The notes beneath the pieces are model-generated. The model did not search any database, was not told where the DNA came from, and was given only the letters and a program-made list of their open reading frames with translations. A program made the position numbers and the translations under genes. 64,000 bases of DNA. Source: Balanoglossus misakiensis (taxonomy: Eukaryota > Animalia > Hemichordata). The stretch lies in assembly GCA_040954595.2 (NCBI GenBank), contig CM082591.2, forward strand, positions 5,611,009 to 5,675,008, in the 5' to 3' direction. Shown here piece after piece: positions 51,033 to 64,000 of this stretch. How positions within the stretch are numbered: the stretch's first letter is position 1; each line of letters starts with the position of its first letter.

Positions 51033-53491
51033 CTTGTAGCAATTTTGCTACAGTCAAACCATATTTTCAGCGACTATATATATATTGGTGTAGAAGCGAG
51101 GATATCATTATGTGAAGCTCTTGTACTAGTTGTACTGACATCTGAATACCTCAGGGTTCTTAAACAGTCGCATCAACCAGCGTGTCAATAGTTATCTGAT
51201 GTGCCCGTAACATCCGACCAATAAGCCATATATCCGTGAAGAAGAAAGTGACTATGGCCAAAGGATACAATTTCTTGTAAGAAGCCTAATATGGTCTAAT
51301 GGCATAAATGTAAATGAATATCTTAAAGGGCCTCGGGGGAGATAATGTCGCGCCATCATTATCAGGTTTGTTTTAAAAGTTACCTTCGGCAAATTTTTGA
51401 AAATGTAAACATTAAAATGGACACATTTGTGGCTCCTATGACGGCATAGTAAGCAGCAACTGTTAACGCTTGATATCATTATAAGTTATCAGTATTTAAA
51501 GAACTTAATCTTATACCTGACACCTTCATGTTGATCGGTCGTGTATGGTATTCAAAGCCTCGCGGACAATATGTGTCAAGTAATAAACTCGATGAGTTTA
51601 ATAACCGCCAGTGTGTGTGCGAGATGTAGACAAACTGACGAGGATTATCTCAACTTTTGAACTTGACCCCCCCCCCCGCGTCTGTATTCCTCGACGCCAG
51701 ACATTGTCACATCTTCATAGGACAGACAGGGTTAGTTAAAATAAGTATTCTATTAAACTTAAAAAACCGCAGAAATCACGCAGACATTTAAATCCACAAT
51801 CAACAAAAGTCCACAGTTTGTGTCATAACCTTACGACATCATTAATATAACCTGAATAGAAGTTGACATTATACAATCTCGAACTGAAATGTACCTTAAA
51901 GAATATCGGAATACTCGTTCATTTATTTGGGGTTTCGCTCATTGAAAAAATGTTGTTACTCGAAAGAAGAGGCTACATATTTTTTAATGTATGCATAAAA
52001 TTACTGTCTTTGGAGTTTATTAGAAAAGACTAGTTCATTTAATTTTGGAAACTCAATTAAGTCACTGACAGTCTTCCATACATGAAACAGCTAAGATCAT
52101 ATTCTTGAAGCATGCAGGTATAGACTGTGTGTGAGATAGATGCAGATGTAAATAGCTAGCTTCGCTTGCGTTGCTTTTCTTTAAACTTTGGGTCGTTGCA
52201 GTGACGTCAGAGGTATAGCATTCAAGGACATTAATTTGTTAACGCGATATGTTGTGTCATGCGTAATGATGGTATGACCAAAGTTTATCCTCGTAACAGA
52301 TGTCATTTCAGGACTCAAAATGATAGCATTTAAGAAGATATTAAGGAATGATACGCCCTATTAAGACAATCGTGTGATAAATTATGTAGAGTTTAGCTTA
52401 TTACTTGGAGACTATTGACGTCTATCCTATCGTTTACCTTAGACAAATGGATCCAATTTCTCTATAGGATTAATACAAATAAAAAAACGCGCTAGTGATG
52501 ATTAAATTTGCAGATGCTCGAAATAAACGATGAGCTGATGATGAAAATATGTCATGACAGGTGGATAAATATGATTTAGCTGTCATCCACATACTAGTAC
52601 AATTACATATGATATTTTGATTTACTTCCAACCAGTTCTGAACAGTACCTTAAACTTTTCTGTTTAATTTCCTTTTAACGTGCCAGGTGGTATACATACG
52701 TCCACGCATAGCCTTAAGCGTGTAAGTATTTTCCAAGCATCCGTTTAGATTTCGCTTATTTGCCTTACAATTCTTTCCTGCAGATCTTTTCAAACCGTTT
52801 AGGACATTGGAATTATAGAGTGCAATCAGTAAAGGCTGCAAGCACATGTATGTAACGACAGTACACGAATCTGACTCTATATAGTGTACAAGCACGTGTA
52901 GAGTGCTGTGAACATTGGCAGGTCAGGAGCTGACACCATTATCTAGAGATAACATTTCCATCACAAATGAGATATTTTCACTAAAATATTATTTAAAATC
53001 GTTATCCGAAAACGCTTTCATCCCCCTTCTATGCAACACGACAAAATTATCATTTCCAACCTCCATTCTGATCCATTTACCTATTTTGTGAACGTGACCC
53101 TAAGGTTTTACAGATGAACTAAGTTGTCTCAGAGTTGACAGAGCTGGCGGGAAATGGTAAGAGAGATCCATCGGGGCTGTCTCTAAATGGATTACTTTCG
53201 CGATACGTCAATAACTCTCAACACTCCAACCTCATGTTTTTCGCTCCTTTGATGGCGTTCCCCACTTCCTGCCCAGAGTATACAAATAAACCCTAACCTA
53301 CCCTGTGGAGCCGCGTATTAGTCCCGGGAATATTAACACCTTAGGCAATGGCAATGCTGAGAAAACACCCACGGCAGTAACAGTGATCAAAAGTGCTTCA
53401 AATATTTTACACCGTTGTTTATTATCATTTAATGACGTCACCCAACTATCACTCACCCACTCATCATTATCAACACCATACCTGCATACAC

Positions 53492-53535
<44 letters not shown>

Positions 53536-53787
53536 GGATGCATACATACGTACATACGTACATACATACGTATGTACGTACGTACATACATACATACATA
53601 CATACATACATACATACATACATACATACATACATACATACATACATACATACATACATACATACATACATACATACATACATACATACATACATACATA
53701 CATACATACATACATACATACACACATACATACACACATACATACATACATACATACATACATACATACATACATACATACATACAT
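53492..53787. repeat. (GATA)n(CATA)n compound microsatellite
   Basis: Directly visible. Confidence 0.97.
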
Positions 53788-56219
53788 GTATCAAGTTCGT
53801 TCCACTTGTGAGCTATTCTCCACACATACACGGCAAAAAGTCTCGCTGCGTGGTTCATCGATCGATTTCAGGCTTCATTTACGTGCAAGAGAACGACCTG
53901 TGCTCATCAGAGATTATCCAGATTCCCCTGTGATATGTTTACTAGAGTTCTCGTTGAACTTAATGCCCGTCCATAATCCCTTCTATTTGCCAAACAATCT
54001 GCTTTCATCATCGCTCTAATCTCCCCGCAAAGTTGTCGGCTCATTTCTACGCCTCTGCTCCGATGTGCTCTCAGATTTCGTTTCATTTCACAAATCAATC
54101 CTCCCATCGTGGGTACTTCACAAAAGACATTGATGCTAAGTCTCTTGTTTCTTCAGTTTCTCTGTTATACTGATCACGTATATGGTACCCCATTGTACCT
54201 ACTATAGGCAACCGTTCTATGTAAGGAGTGTGTTCACCTTTCCATGCAAACCACATGTCTTAATTATGAGATACCTGTTTAATCTTCCCATTCAGGCGCA
54301 TCAAATATCCACCGTGAATCCATTTTTTGGAGGGGGGAAGGGGTCAAGCATCCGATTACGTTTTAAATTGATTTCATTACGGAGAATTACATCAATATCT
54401 GCTCGGTTTTCTCTTCAGAAAAGACAGAAAGAAAGGAATGGTTTTGTTACCATTATTTGATTTGCTGAAATTCACTTATGTGACGTTGCATTTTGTTGCA
54501 TAATTGAAGAAGGGAATACTATCAGTCGTCGTGCATAGGCAGACAATTGTAGGGGTATTAAGCAGATGCACGAGACAGTCCTTCATTCAAATTATTGTCT
54601 AGACTATAGTTCTTCGTCACAGTCATTTCAAGAAAATAATTGCATAGTTTACTTTGACTTCATGCCTGTCACTAGGGCAGGTTACCAGCCAACTTCAAAC
54701 CTATGCAACCAACTATATGTCGCATACTTTGTGCAGTTTATTGTGCCAGATACACTCCAGCTCAATGCTGTTGACGGGCTGTAGAATTGTATACGGGGCC
54801 GGTGATATTTCTCTAGCTCTTGAACGTACACGGCAAAAACGTGACACTTCCAAAAGTCACTTTGACCCACATTATTGCAAATATGTAAAGATCGACTTTC
54901 AAGCGTAACTATGAAAACACTTCACAGAGAAATCAACATGTATCTTGTCACGTTTACTGCAGCCACGTGACTCCTGACAGAGTAGTCCTCGGTCAGCGTA
55001 ACATTTGCCGATGTTGTCATGGCAACATACATCCGTTACTTAAATTTTGCCTCTAGCCGGTCACGATGTAGCAGCTTGCTTCCTCACTAGTTTGTTGTTA
55101 GTAAAACGCTTTCCGTTGCAAGAACCTACCCCCTCAAGATCTGCACGATTTCTGCGAAGTCTTCGCACATTTGTACGTCTCTATGCGGTTAAACAAACCT
55201 GAAACACTTTTCAGACCTTCCCTGATGAAACACCACGTAATTACTACAGCCAATAAAAGAAATACCCGAGAGTAAACTGCGTTAAAAGCAAATGAATCTT
55301 CTTCCTGCCTCTGAATTATATACTAGGTTTTGTTACATTGATACTGGGTATGTATAGCGGTATATTGTACTTTGTTTAACCTAAGTTGGGAAAGTGTAAA
55401 AGTTAACGAAGTATTTACTCAGAACAAATATAACCGAAGTTAAGAAAGTGCAAAACATGGAACGACCCTTTCGTCATTCTAAAATATGACATCGTGTCTG
55501 TTCACTCTTATTTCAGCCGATAACCGTGCTTCACAATTGTATTTGGGTTGGGCACTGACCTAAGCCATTCTTAATTCTCATAAAAATCTCCATTGTGAAT
55601 TTAATGTACAGGGTAAGTGCCTGCAGAGGGAACTTGAACATTAGCATCAACAGCAGCAAATCTAATCAAATTTACGTATACATGAAGGCTCTTTAACAAG
55701 ACTGATACAATTCTCACCTTGTAAATGAAAAATAAACAGAGTAAAGTCGAAAAATGCTTCTTTACACCATTTGCAACAAATACATTAATTATACATGAAA
55801 ATAAGGTACATTGAAACTTTCACGGTAATGCCCCGATTTATGTGAAATGGGACATCTCCTGTATGTCTTAAAATAACGCGTGATCTAGTCCCTCCCAGGT
55901 GGTATTGGCCAGGTGTTGGTCAATCTATATTTGATAGGATTATAATTATTATGGGATGAGATTATTCAACAGAACTGTCATGGACTTCGTTTTTTTAATG
56001 ATTGCTTTGTTTTGTCGTTAACAGTGCATTAGGTTAATGGCAAAATCGTGACTCGTCTTCTGCACATACACCATGCACTGGTCTTTATGGTGATTTCCAC
56101 CTGCATTGTTCCTGTTGCGATTGTGCATTTTACGAATAGGGTAAAGCGCCTGACGCAGTCATGAGAGATGAGGACTTCTAATGAAGTTTTAGTAGTCGGT
56201 CGGACGGACAGGCAGGCAG

Positions 56220-56503
<284 letters not shown>

Positions 56504-58908
56504 GTAATGAAGTAATGCAGTGAGAAATTACGATACACAGGGACAGGAACTTGAAGTAATGCCCTTGTGTTAACGACCCATAAACTGCATTTCGCTGTAA
56601 TGGGCAATTGTAATTTATTGTCTTCGGGAAGTGCTGTTTGTTGACTCAAACAATTAATCCCCTTCTAGAGGAGAATTGGCTAATCAAATCGGAATTGCGT
56701 CTTTTCCTCAGAATTACCATCATTCATGAATATCAAGTGTTCTCTTTTGTACTCAATAGCATATGTCAGTTGTTTCGTTGAATCAGTTTCCAGGTGTAAA
56801 TCTCTTGGAAAACCCGAATTATGGTTAGAAACAAGTAATATTCACTTATTCAAGTTTTGTGTAAATTTATTATCCACAATATGAAAATGTTTCATTGAAA
56901 ATAATTAACTTACAGGGACAATGAATTAAATATCAACAAACGACTAATTTGCGTACTTGAATAATTAATGCAATTGGATGTTTTAATCCAACGTTCCTGT
57001 ATCGGATTGTTACTTGCTAACGATTTCGTTTTACATGGCTAAAGCTGTATAAATATATATTTGTACTTGGTCATATATTTTTGAAAATATTGCGCTTAAC
57101 TTGATGAAATGTGCGACAGATGTTGATTTCACAGAAACAATTTGTAGTATATGGCATTGTTAATCAGTTAACTGCATACACTTATCACTGCAAATCCTGC
57201 ACAGTTGTTTACGAAAGTTGCTAAGGATACTGTTTCATAGACACCACTGCATTGAAAGATCAGTTAATGAATTCATTATCAATTTTTATAATTTCTAATA
57301 TTTTACTATCACACCACATGATTATATTAAGTTTTATATCCTGTTCCATTATTTGATATTTAAATTCTGGTATGTTCTGAAAGGGTGGTACACATTTCTC
57401 CTGTTCTCCCTGAGATACACTAAAACACCTTGTCGAGGGACCTCACATTATTGTAAGGATTATAAGCTTCTATGGCATTTCAAGTACTTTGGTTAAAAAG
57501 ATGCCACACGTATTTCTTTAGAATAACATTCATCACTTTGCACGACGCACACTTACCACTTTATCCCGTGTGATCTTTCGTGACCGCTGACGGCAAAACG
57601 CCACTGGCCTCAAAGGAAACGATACGAATATTGCTGATTCTGAAAATGTAACTCAGGTGGTTTGTAGATAAGTAGTCTTTGTGCTTTTGCTATGATTAAA
57701 CACTGCGTGATAAAAAAAACGGAAGTCGCTCCACAAAATTTCGCGCCAAGTAAATAATCCGTACCTGTTCGCGTGAAAACGTTTGAGTTTATCATCAATC
57801 CCCCGTAAGGACATTGATAAACGGATGTAATTATCTTGTGTTTACGCTACTGAAATACACAGACGAGTTAACAGACTAAAGTTTGTTTTCAGAAATGAGA
57901 TATCTTGATGGTACGAAAGTGTGCTGCAGGTATTGACATATTTGCATAATTTTAGAGCGCGTCAATTGGTTTAGTCTTGCTATTTACAAAATTAACTTAT
58001 CATTTTAAGCGTTATTAAGTAAATATAATTGTATTCAAGGCTTCGGAGTAAAATACCATGAATTAATACAGTATTCTGTTTTAAGTGGCATGGAATGCTG
58101 TACAAGATAAATTGTGGTGAAATCGGCTGCTTTATTGTTTTATGGAATCACCCTTAGAGGGAGCCTTGGCGTCTGGCTAAATAAAATGTTCTTTTTCACA
58201 AATTGTTTACAGGCATTCAAAACCATATACTAAACAACAATGCACACTAAAAACGAAATACGGACACACAAGAAGACAAAGGAGATGTCGTTTTTAAACT
58301 GTCGCGTCCTTATTCGGAAAAAAAATGAACTTGCCTATCACAAATATCCACATTACCAGGTTTATGGCATGGTGTAGGCGCGCAGGCGCATACACAATTG
58401 AAGCAATTCGCAGAGTATACCAGGGTAATATAATTACGGAAAAGTATGACGTCATCCAACGATTGCGATCTATACCGTACAGATTTAAAGTAAGTCGTTA
58501 CTTGGTGTTTAGTCGTGAAGATAAGTATTTCATATCGGATCGTAGACGTCTTCATTATTCATCAGCTAATCGGTCACGTTGACACGCTACATTTATTAAG
58601 TGATACCATTTACACGGTGTTTCATTTATTAAAGACTACTACCTTGGAGTTATACTCCCACCTGGCGTCATTAATGAAATGTTGGTTTTAGTATTCATGA
58701 AGCTCAAATTCGTCATCTTTATAATAGAGTACTGTTTCCTGACAACATGCGTCATTGTGTTAATATATTACACTTCGATGACTGTACAAGCGGCTCTTTA
58801 TTGCAGTCCTAGTGCTCCCTGTTTTTCATATGTTTCACGTTAATGGTATCCTACTGTACTCATCTGTCTCTCTGTCTGTCGGTGAAAAATATGTGGACAG
58901 AGGGACCA

Positions 58909-59060
58909 ATAGATAGATAGATAGATAGATAGATACATACATACATACATACATACATACATACATACATACATACATACATACATACACACACACACAT
59001 ACATACACACACACACATACATACACACACACATACACACACACACACATACACACACAT
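58909..59060. repeat. (GATA)n(CATA)n(CA)n compound microsatellite
   Basis: Directly visible. Confidence 0.97.
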
Positions 59061-60502
59061 GCATGCTTAAATTAAAACTCGGCCTCCATATGCCCAGTTA
59101 CCGATAGTTTAATTTTGTTGCGATGGGCTATTTTAAGCTTCTTCTTCGTAAACACGTGTCAACCCTGTATGTACAAAGACCTTTCTGTAATAAATTGTGC
59201 GCCTTGACTTTTCATCTACGTTGGACACTCGCATTATTTCAAATTGAAATCGACGGGGAGGACTCCAGGCTTATTTTCACCATAAGGGGTTTCTGTTATT
59301 GGAAATGTGAATTACATCGAGGGTTAGACCTTCGGTTACAGTTTTTGCTGTGAAGTTAGGTAGTCCCTAACTTTTGTCAAGAAAATCAGTACAATATTGT
59401 TATTTTCAATTCAAACACTCTTCCCAAATAATACAGTGTATCGTTTATAAACATATATAAGGGAATATTTAGAATAATAACTTGTCTGTCAGCAAGTTAT
59501 CTTCCCAAAGATTATTGGTTAAGCATCAACGCTGAGTAAACAGTTTTGCTACATTTGGGTAAATCTGCTGAAACCTTGATTTTGACTGATTTGTTTAGAA
59601 AGCCACAGTCCATATTGAACGATATATTTCGTGAGTACATAACGTACTGCTATATGTTGGAAGCAAACACATATACATCACTGTCTCCTCAGGCAAATAT
59701 GACGGTTGTAAACTTTCACTTTCGCAGAACTTAATTGTGTTAAACAAATAGATAACAGTATGGGATCTATGCAAATATAACGTTCTTATCAATACTGTGC
59801 CATATATTGGAGTCTATCGCACTGCAACAGGAAATTTATTATTCATAACACTGCATGCATGGACTATGAAATATCGTGTACTCTTACATCTCTGACCTGA
59901 AGAAGTATTGGCAATAATCAACTTGTCAACTAGTCGTCGAGTCCACTTTCTAGGAACTCTAAAAAGCAATATCTCATCATCTGAACAATTTTGATATTCC
60001 CTGTCGGGTCTTCTGGCTGGATATTTGACAGGATCTCAACAGGGTGGTGACGTTATTGAACATACAAACAAGAAACATGTTTTCCGCCTCTCGGGGTCGA
60101 GGAAATGGGGTCGATGTATATTAGTAGTTATCTGCTTCTAGATGAACTATTGTTTGTTCCGTATGAATAATACACGAGCCAAACAGAATAATTAAGGCAA
60201 AACTGATCAGAACATGTCTTAAGATAGCCAAGGATTGGAAGGTTTGAGTAGTTGCAAGATATCACCGACAGTGGCAACATTTCTTTCGTCCACTGCAGGT
60301 ATTGAGTGCATTTTCATGGGCATTGCATCTTTTGAAAATATATGCTAGAAGGTATAGATAGCAATAATCGTGTAATTACGTAGGTCGAGTTCAGAGTAAA
60401 CATTTTCTTACGGCTAAGCAATGCATTCATTTGACATGGCTTGTATATATGCAGTATCCAGTTGTTACCTTCTATGAGGCATGTATGCTGACACCATGTT
60501 AT

Positions 60503-60579
60503 GAGAGAGAGGGGGAGTGAGGGAGAGAGAGAATGAGAGAGAGAGAGAGAGAGGGGGGGGGGAGAGAGAGAGACGAGAG
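60503..60579. repeat. (GA)n/G-rich polypurine tract
   Basis: Directly visible. Confidence 0.9.
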
Positions 60580-62251
60580 TGTGGTATAAACGTTATCTTT
60601 CAACACTAGTAAATTTAGCCTCCCAAACCACCGTGTCCCGCCTTCTCTGACATCATACGTTTCAAATCGATGGATGACCTCATTAATTGCCTGTATGCAA
60701 TTCAAAGACAACCTAATTATTTCTGTCATGAATTTACGCATATATGTACTACTCATTGCGACAATTTATGGCTGTATCTTGACAAGGAAGTTGAAAGCAA
60801 GCCTGCACTGAATAACAAGTGAAGAAAAATAACAACTCACAGTGCGGCTAAATTCTCTATTGCAAACCTTATGAGGGCCGATCCAAACCTCAACAAATGG
60901 AAGTGAACTTTTGCTTGGTAGAACTTCTGAAGTAGAGATATCATGTGCGCGACGAGGTAGTCGGACAACAGGAAACTGTCAGTGTTTGAGTTCTGTATTA
61001 TTGCAAACAGCGCCAACGTTACAACTCTTTGACATTTTGTAAATTGAATTATGAACACCGCGAAAAAAGTCAACACGCGGTTGTATGTGTCAACATGTTT
61101 ACTGTCGGGTATGCCTGAAGCTACTCACATACTCCACAAGCACAACGCGAAGACTGCGTCGTTTCCCATTATAATGCCGCTCCCAAGTCTGAAATGTCAT
61201 GTTTTTCACCCCAGGCTATCCCTAAAAGCATGTCAGAAAGGTTTGTGTACAATTGCGTTTTAAGTCGCAGAAGAATGAACATTTTGCGTATATCCATAAA
61301 TCACTCGTTGTCATGAAATGATCCTGGTTAATTTGATACTGTCATATCTTGGGTATTTTGCAAAGTCGTTTCCTCCTAACAAAACCAGGAAAAAGTCAGC
61401 GTACATTAGTCTGTACTTATAAGGATATGTTAAATGTTTGTTTTATATTTATCATCGACGTTTCACATTTTGCAATATAATGGGATAACATACGTACTTG
61501 GACGTTTGCGCAAGAATTTTCTTGTACAATTACGTGGGTGGGTTCTATATCAATTTCCTTCAATGTAGTTTATGGTCTCGGTCTGTCGTCATTCCAGTTT
61601 TAGATAGCATATTGACAAATACGAGACACTAAATTTATATGAAGACCCCATATAGTGACTTCCCAATTTATAGAAGAGATCCGCTATATACTAGTTGGGT
61701 TTATGCATTTCATTGTTTCTGGGCAACAAGTATCGGTGTAAATATACACAGTAGACATCAAATACATTAAAAAAACATATACAGGCCTATGCACATAAAT
61801 GACATTTTGTAAAGGTCTTTTATTCTATATACATGGAATATTTGAACTTCTTATAGGTTGGGAATATTTTCAGAACGTATAGTTCATAATTACTGTCAAA
61901 ATAAGGGTATTGATATTCAATGTACTGCAATCTAATCCTATAAATAATAAACCATGTTTATAAATGACCAAACATATCTTTGTCACGAAGATTTTAAAAT
62001 ACCAGATGCTCCTAATTCCAACCTGAAGCTCTCACAATGTTACCAAGACAATATATCTATTACTTACATTTTCTATATTGACACTACACAATCTTCATCG
62101 TCTCGGCTTTAGTGTACACAACAAGATTACCTTAAGAGGGCGTGCTGTCCCTTCACAACTTCTTTTGTTTTAAGAACTACGCCAACGAAATACATGTGGC
62201 ATGAGCAAGCTTACAGCATCACCACTTAGCACAGCAAAGAGCGGACTATTA

Positions 62252-62557
62252 CCAGGTTCACACAGGGAAAAAATTGAGACGCTATTTGCCTATAGTAAAC
62301 ACAGCGCTTTATAATCCTTTGAGTCGTGTTGTGTCCACACACACATAGTTTATATATAGGCGCTGAAGCTCAGTCCCATAGACAATGGGTTGCGGAGTGG
62401 TGTTAATCCTTCACCGGCTCAGGTCTGGCCGGCAAATGCTAGTGTCTCAAATCTAAGCCGTTTCAGAACCACTATACACAGTCCACACATGTTTTTTAAG
62501 ACGGTATCTGATCTGAGACACTTCAGACCTGTCTTAATGGTGTGTGTGTGTGACCCC
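62252..62557 (+). mobile_element. MITE family C, uninterrupted copy (Harbinger-like)
   Basis: tta-ccaggttcacacaggg...gtgtgtgacccc; homologous to 12796-13094 (reverse) and 38423-38874. Confidence 0.8.
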
Positions 62558-63360
62558 AATATATGTGCCTATGTCCTGGCTTATCGCCTTATCTTATACG
62601 TTAACGGTGATAATTGAAGAAAACTCCTCAGTCAGCATTTTTTACCAATGGTTTGTCTATGGGCAAACATTTAACGAAGTTTATCTCAAAATGGAATGCG
62701 GTGACCATACGATTTTATTAATCAATTAAGTAAGTTTCGTTTGACTGAGCTATGTGTAAAATGTCGTGAAAATGACAACAGTATATAAGAAGTGAGTTTT
62801 CTAGCAATCTCAATGTAATCATATGCACAAAAGTTTGCGCAGTTAACGGGTTTACGTTCTGCGCGCACAGCCTGATGTGAAGAATGGTGTATTAACAAGT
62901 ACATCATATATTTACTTGAATGGTTAGCGGGTTATCAGTTTTATACTGATTTACTTATTTTGGTGTTACATAAATTATAGTGATAGATGGTAACAAAATA
63001 TGTTATCACATTATGAATAAACCAATAGCACAGTTTGAGGTTATTTAGGTGTTAGCCTTCCACGAAATGGGATTATAACTAACTCAATGCTCACACTATG
63101 CCTCAATTGATCAAAATGGCTAGAAAACAGAATGACTGTTTCCCTAGGGAAATAATCACAACAACTATTACACGATCACATGACCAGTGTGTGTGTTCTT
63201 GGTGTGGCGGGGCAAAATACGAGGTGTCGTCTGCATGAATCACAGCTACTGAATCCGTGTTTATCAAAATGGCACCATTTCTCTGTTTCTGATGTTTGTG
63301 CAGATCTTTTATATTCCTGACGATAGGAAGGTTTCAAGTTGCGCCAAATTGAGTATCTTA

Positions 63361-63634
63361 GGCCAAAATAAAAAATTTGCTGTTCTGATTACCCGACCTA
63401 CCCTAATTTCAACCTGCCGACCCTAAACATTTTAGAACTTCGTAAACCCGGCAATAAAAATGTCAAATATACAATCATTATGAAAATTGCGCGAATTACG
63501 CAAGAACTATATGACGTCATACTTCTACACTATGGCGGTCAGAGAAATAAAAAAAATCGTAACATAAAAATATCCCTACCTACCTACACTTTTTTGAAAA
63601 CCATGTAATCGGGAACAGCACAATTTTTTGGGCC
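63361..63634. mobile_element. PIF/Harbinger-like MITE
   Basis: TTA TSD on both sides; TIRs ggccaaaa..aatttgctgttctgattac / gtaatcgggaacagcacaattttttgggcc. Confidence 0.8.
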
Positions 63635-64000
63635 TTATTCAAAGTTGATTCATGGGCAGTGGATATTCTTGCTTTGACCTATGACCTGATATCTACTGTT
63701 ACAGAAGCAGCAAGAGCATAAACTGTGAGTCTTATAAAACACGTATTACGTGACCTTCATTCAAGCTACACACCCATTTATCGTGATCATGATTTGCCTG
63801 AAGGTATAAGCAAGTACATCCTGCATTTCACAGTATACCTGGAAGTATTAAATAGTCGAGTTCAATAGCGCTGATGGGCAGACATACACGTGGAACTGAT
63901 GAAGCCCCTTTCCTGTTAAAAATTCGAGAATGAGTTGGCTGTTAGGTTGTATGGTTTGCACGTCACTTTGCTTTTTAATATTTTGGTACTTAGGTGAGTG

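Noticed and set aside
53286-53320. aaccctaacc (telomerase template-like) and taccctgtggagccg (miR-10-like)
   Set aside because: No pseudoknot, CR4/5 or H/ACA elements and no pre-miRNA hairpin; likely chance matches.

Overview
AT-rich, intron-containing animal genomic DNA. The repeat content suggests a marine invertebrate deuterostome, possibly a hemichordate (inference only). The only clear host protein-coding sequence is the last two exons of an SLC45A3/prostein-like MFS sugar transporter (+ strand, 643-908 and 1394-1609), followed by a probable 3' UTR carrying a stack of three TTAA MITEs. A CpG-rich, promoter-like block at about 22.1-23.3 kb contains a probable non-coding first exon ending at a canonical GTAAGT donor (22369); the remaining ~41 kb looks like one long intron or regulatory region with no recognisable host exons. 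The rest is microsatellites and non-autonomous transposons of many kinds: Kolobok/T2-type TTAA MITEs (one palindromic family has 8 copies), and piggyBac-, Harbinger-, Academ- and P/Galileo-like MITEs. There are also nested Helentron-associated HINEs, a decayed Gypsy LTR element with a tRNA-Leu-type PBS and discordant LTRs, and a Tx1/L1 3' fragment. Nearly all listed ORFs other than the SLC45 exons are spurious. I found no convincing new multi-gene system. The most interesting items are nested or stacked TE architectures, the Galileo-like target site, the chimeric LTR element and the regulatory motif clusters.
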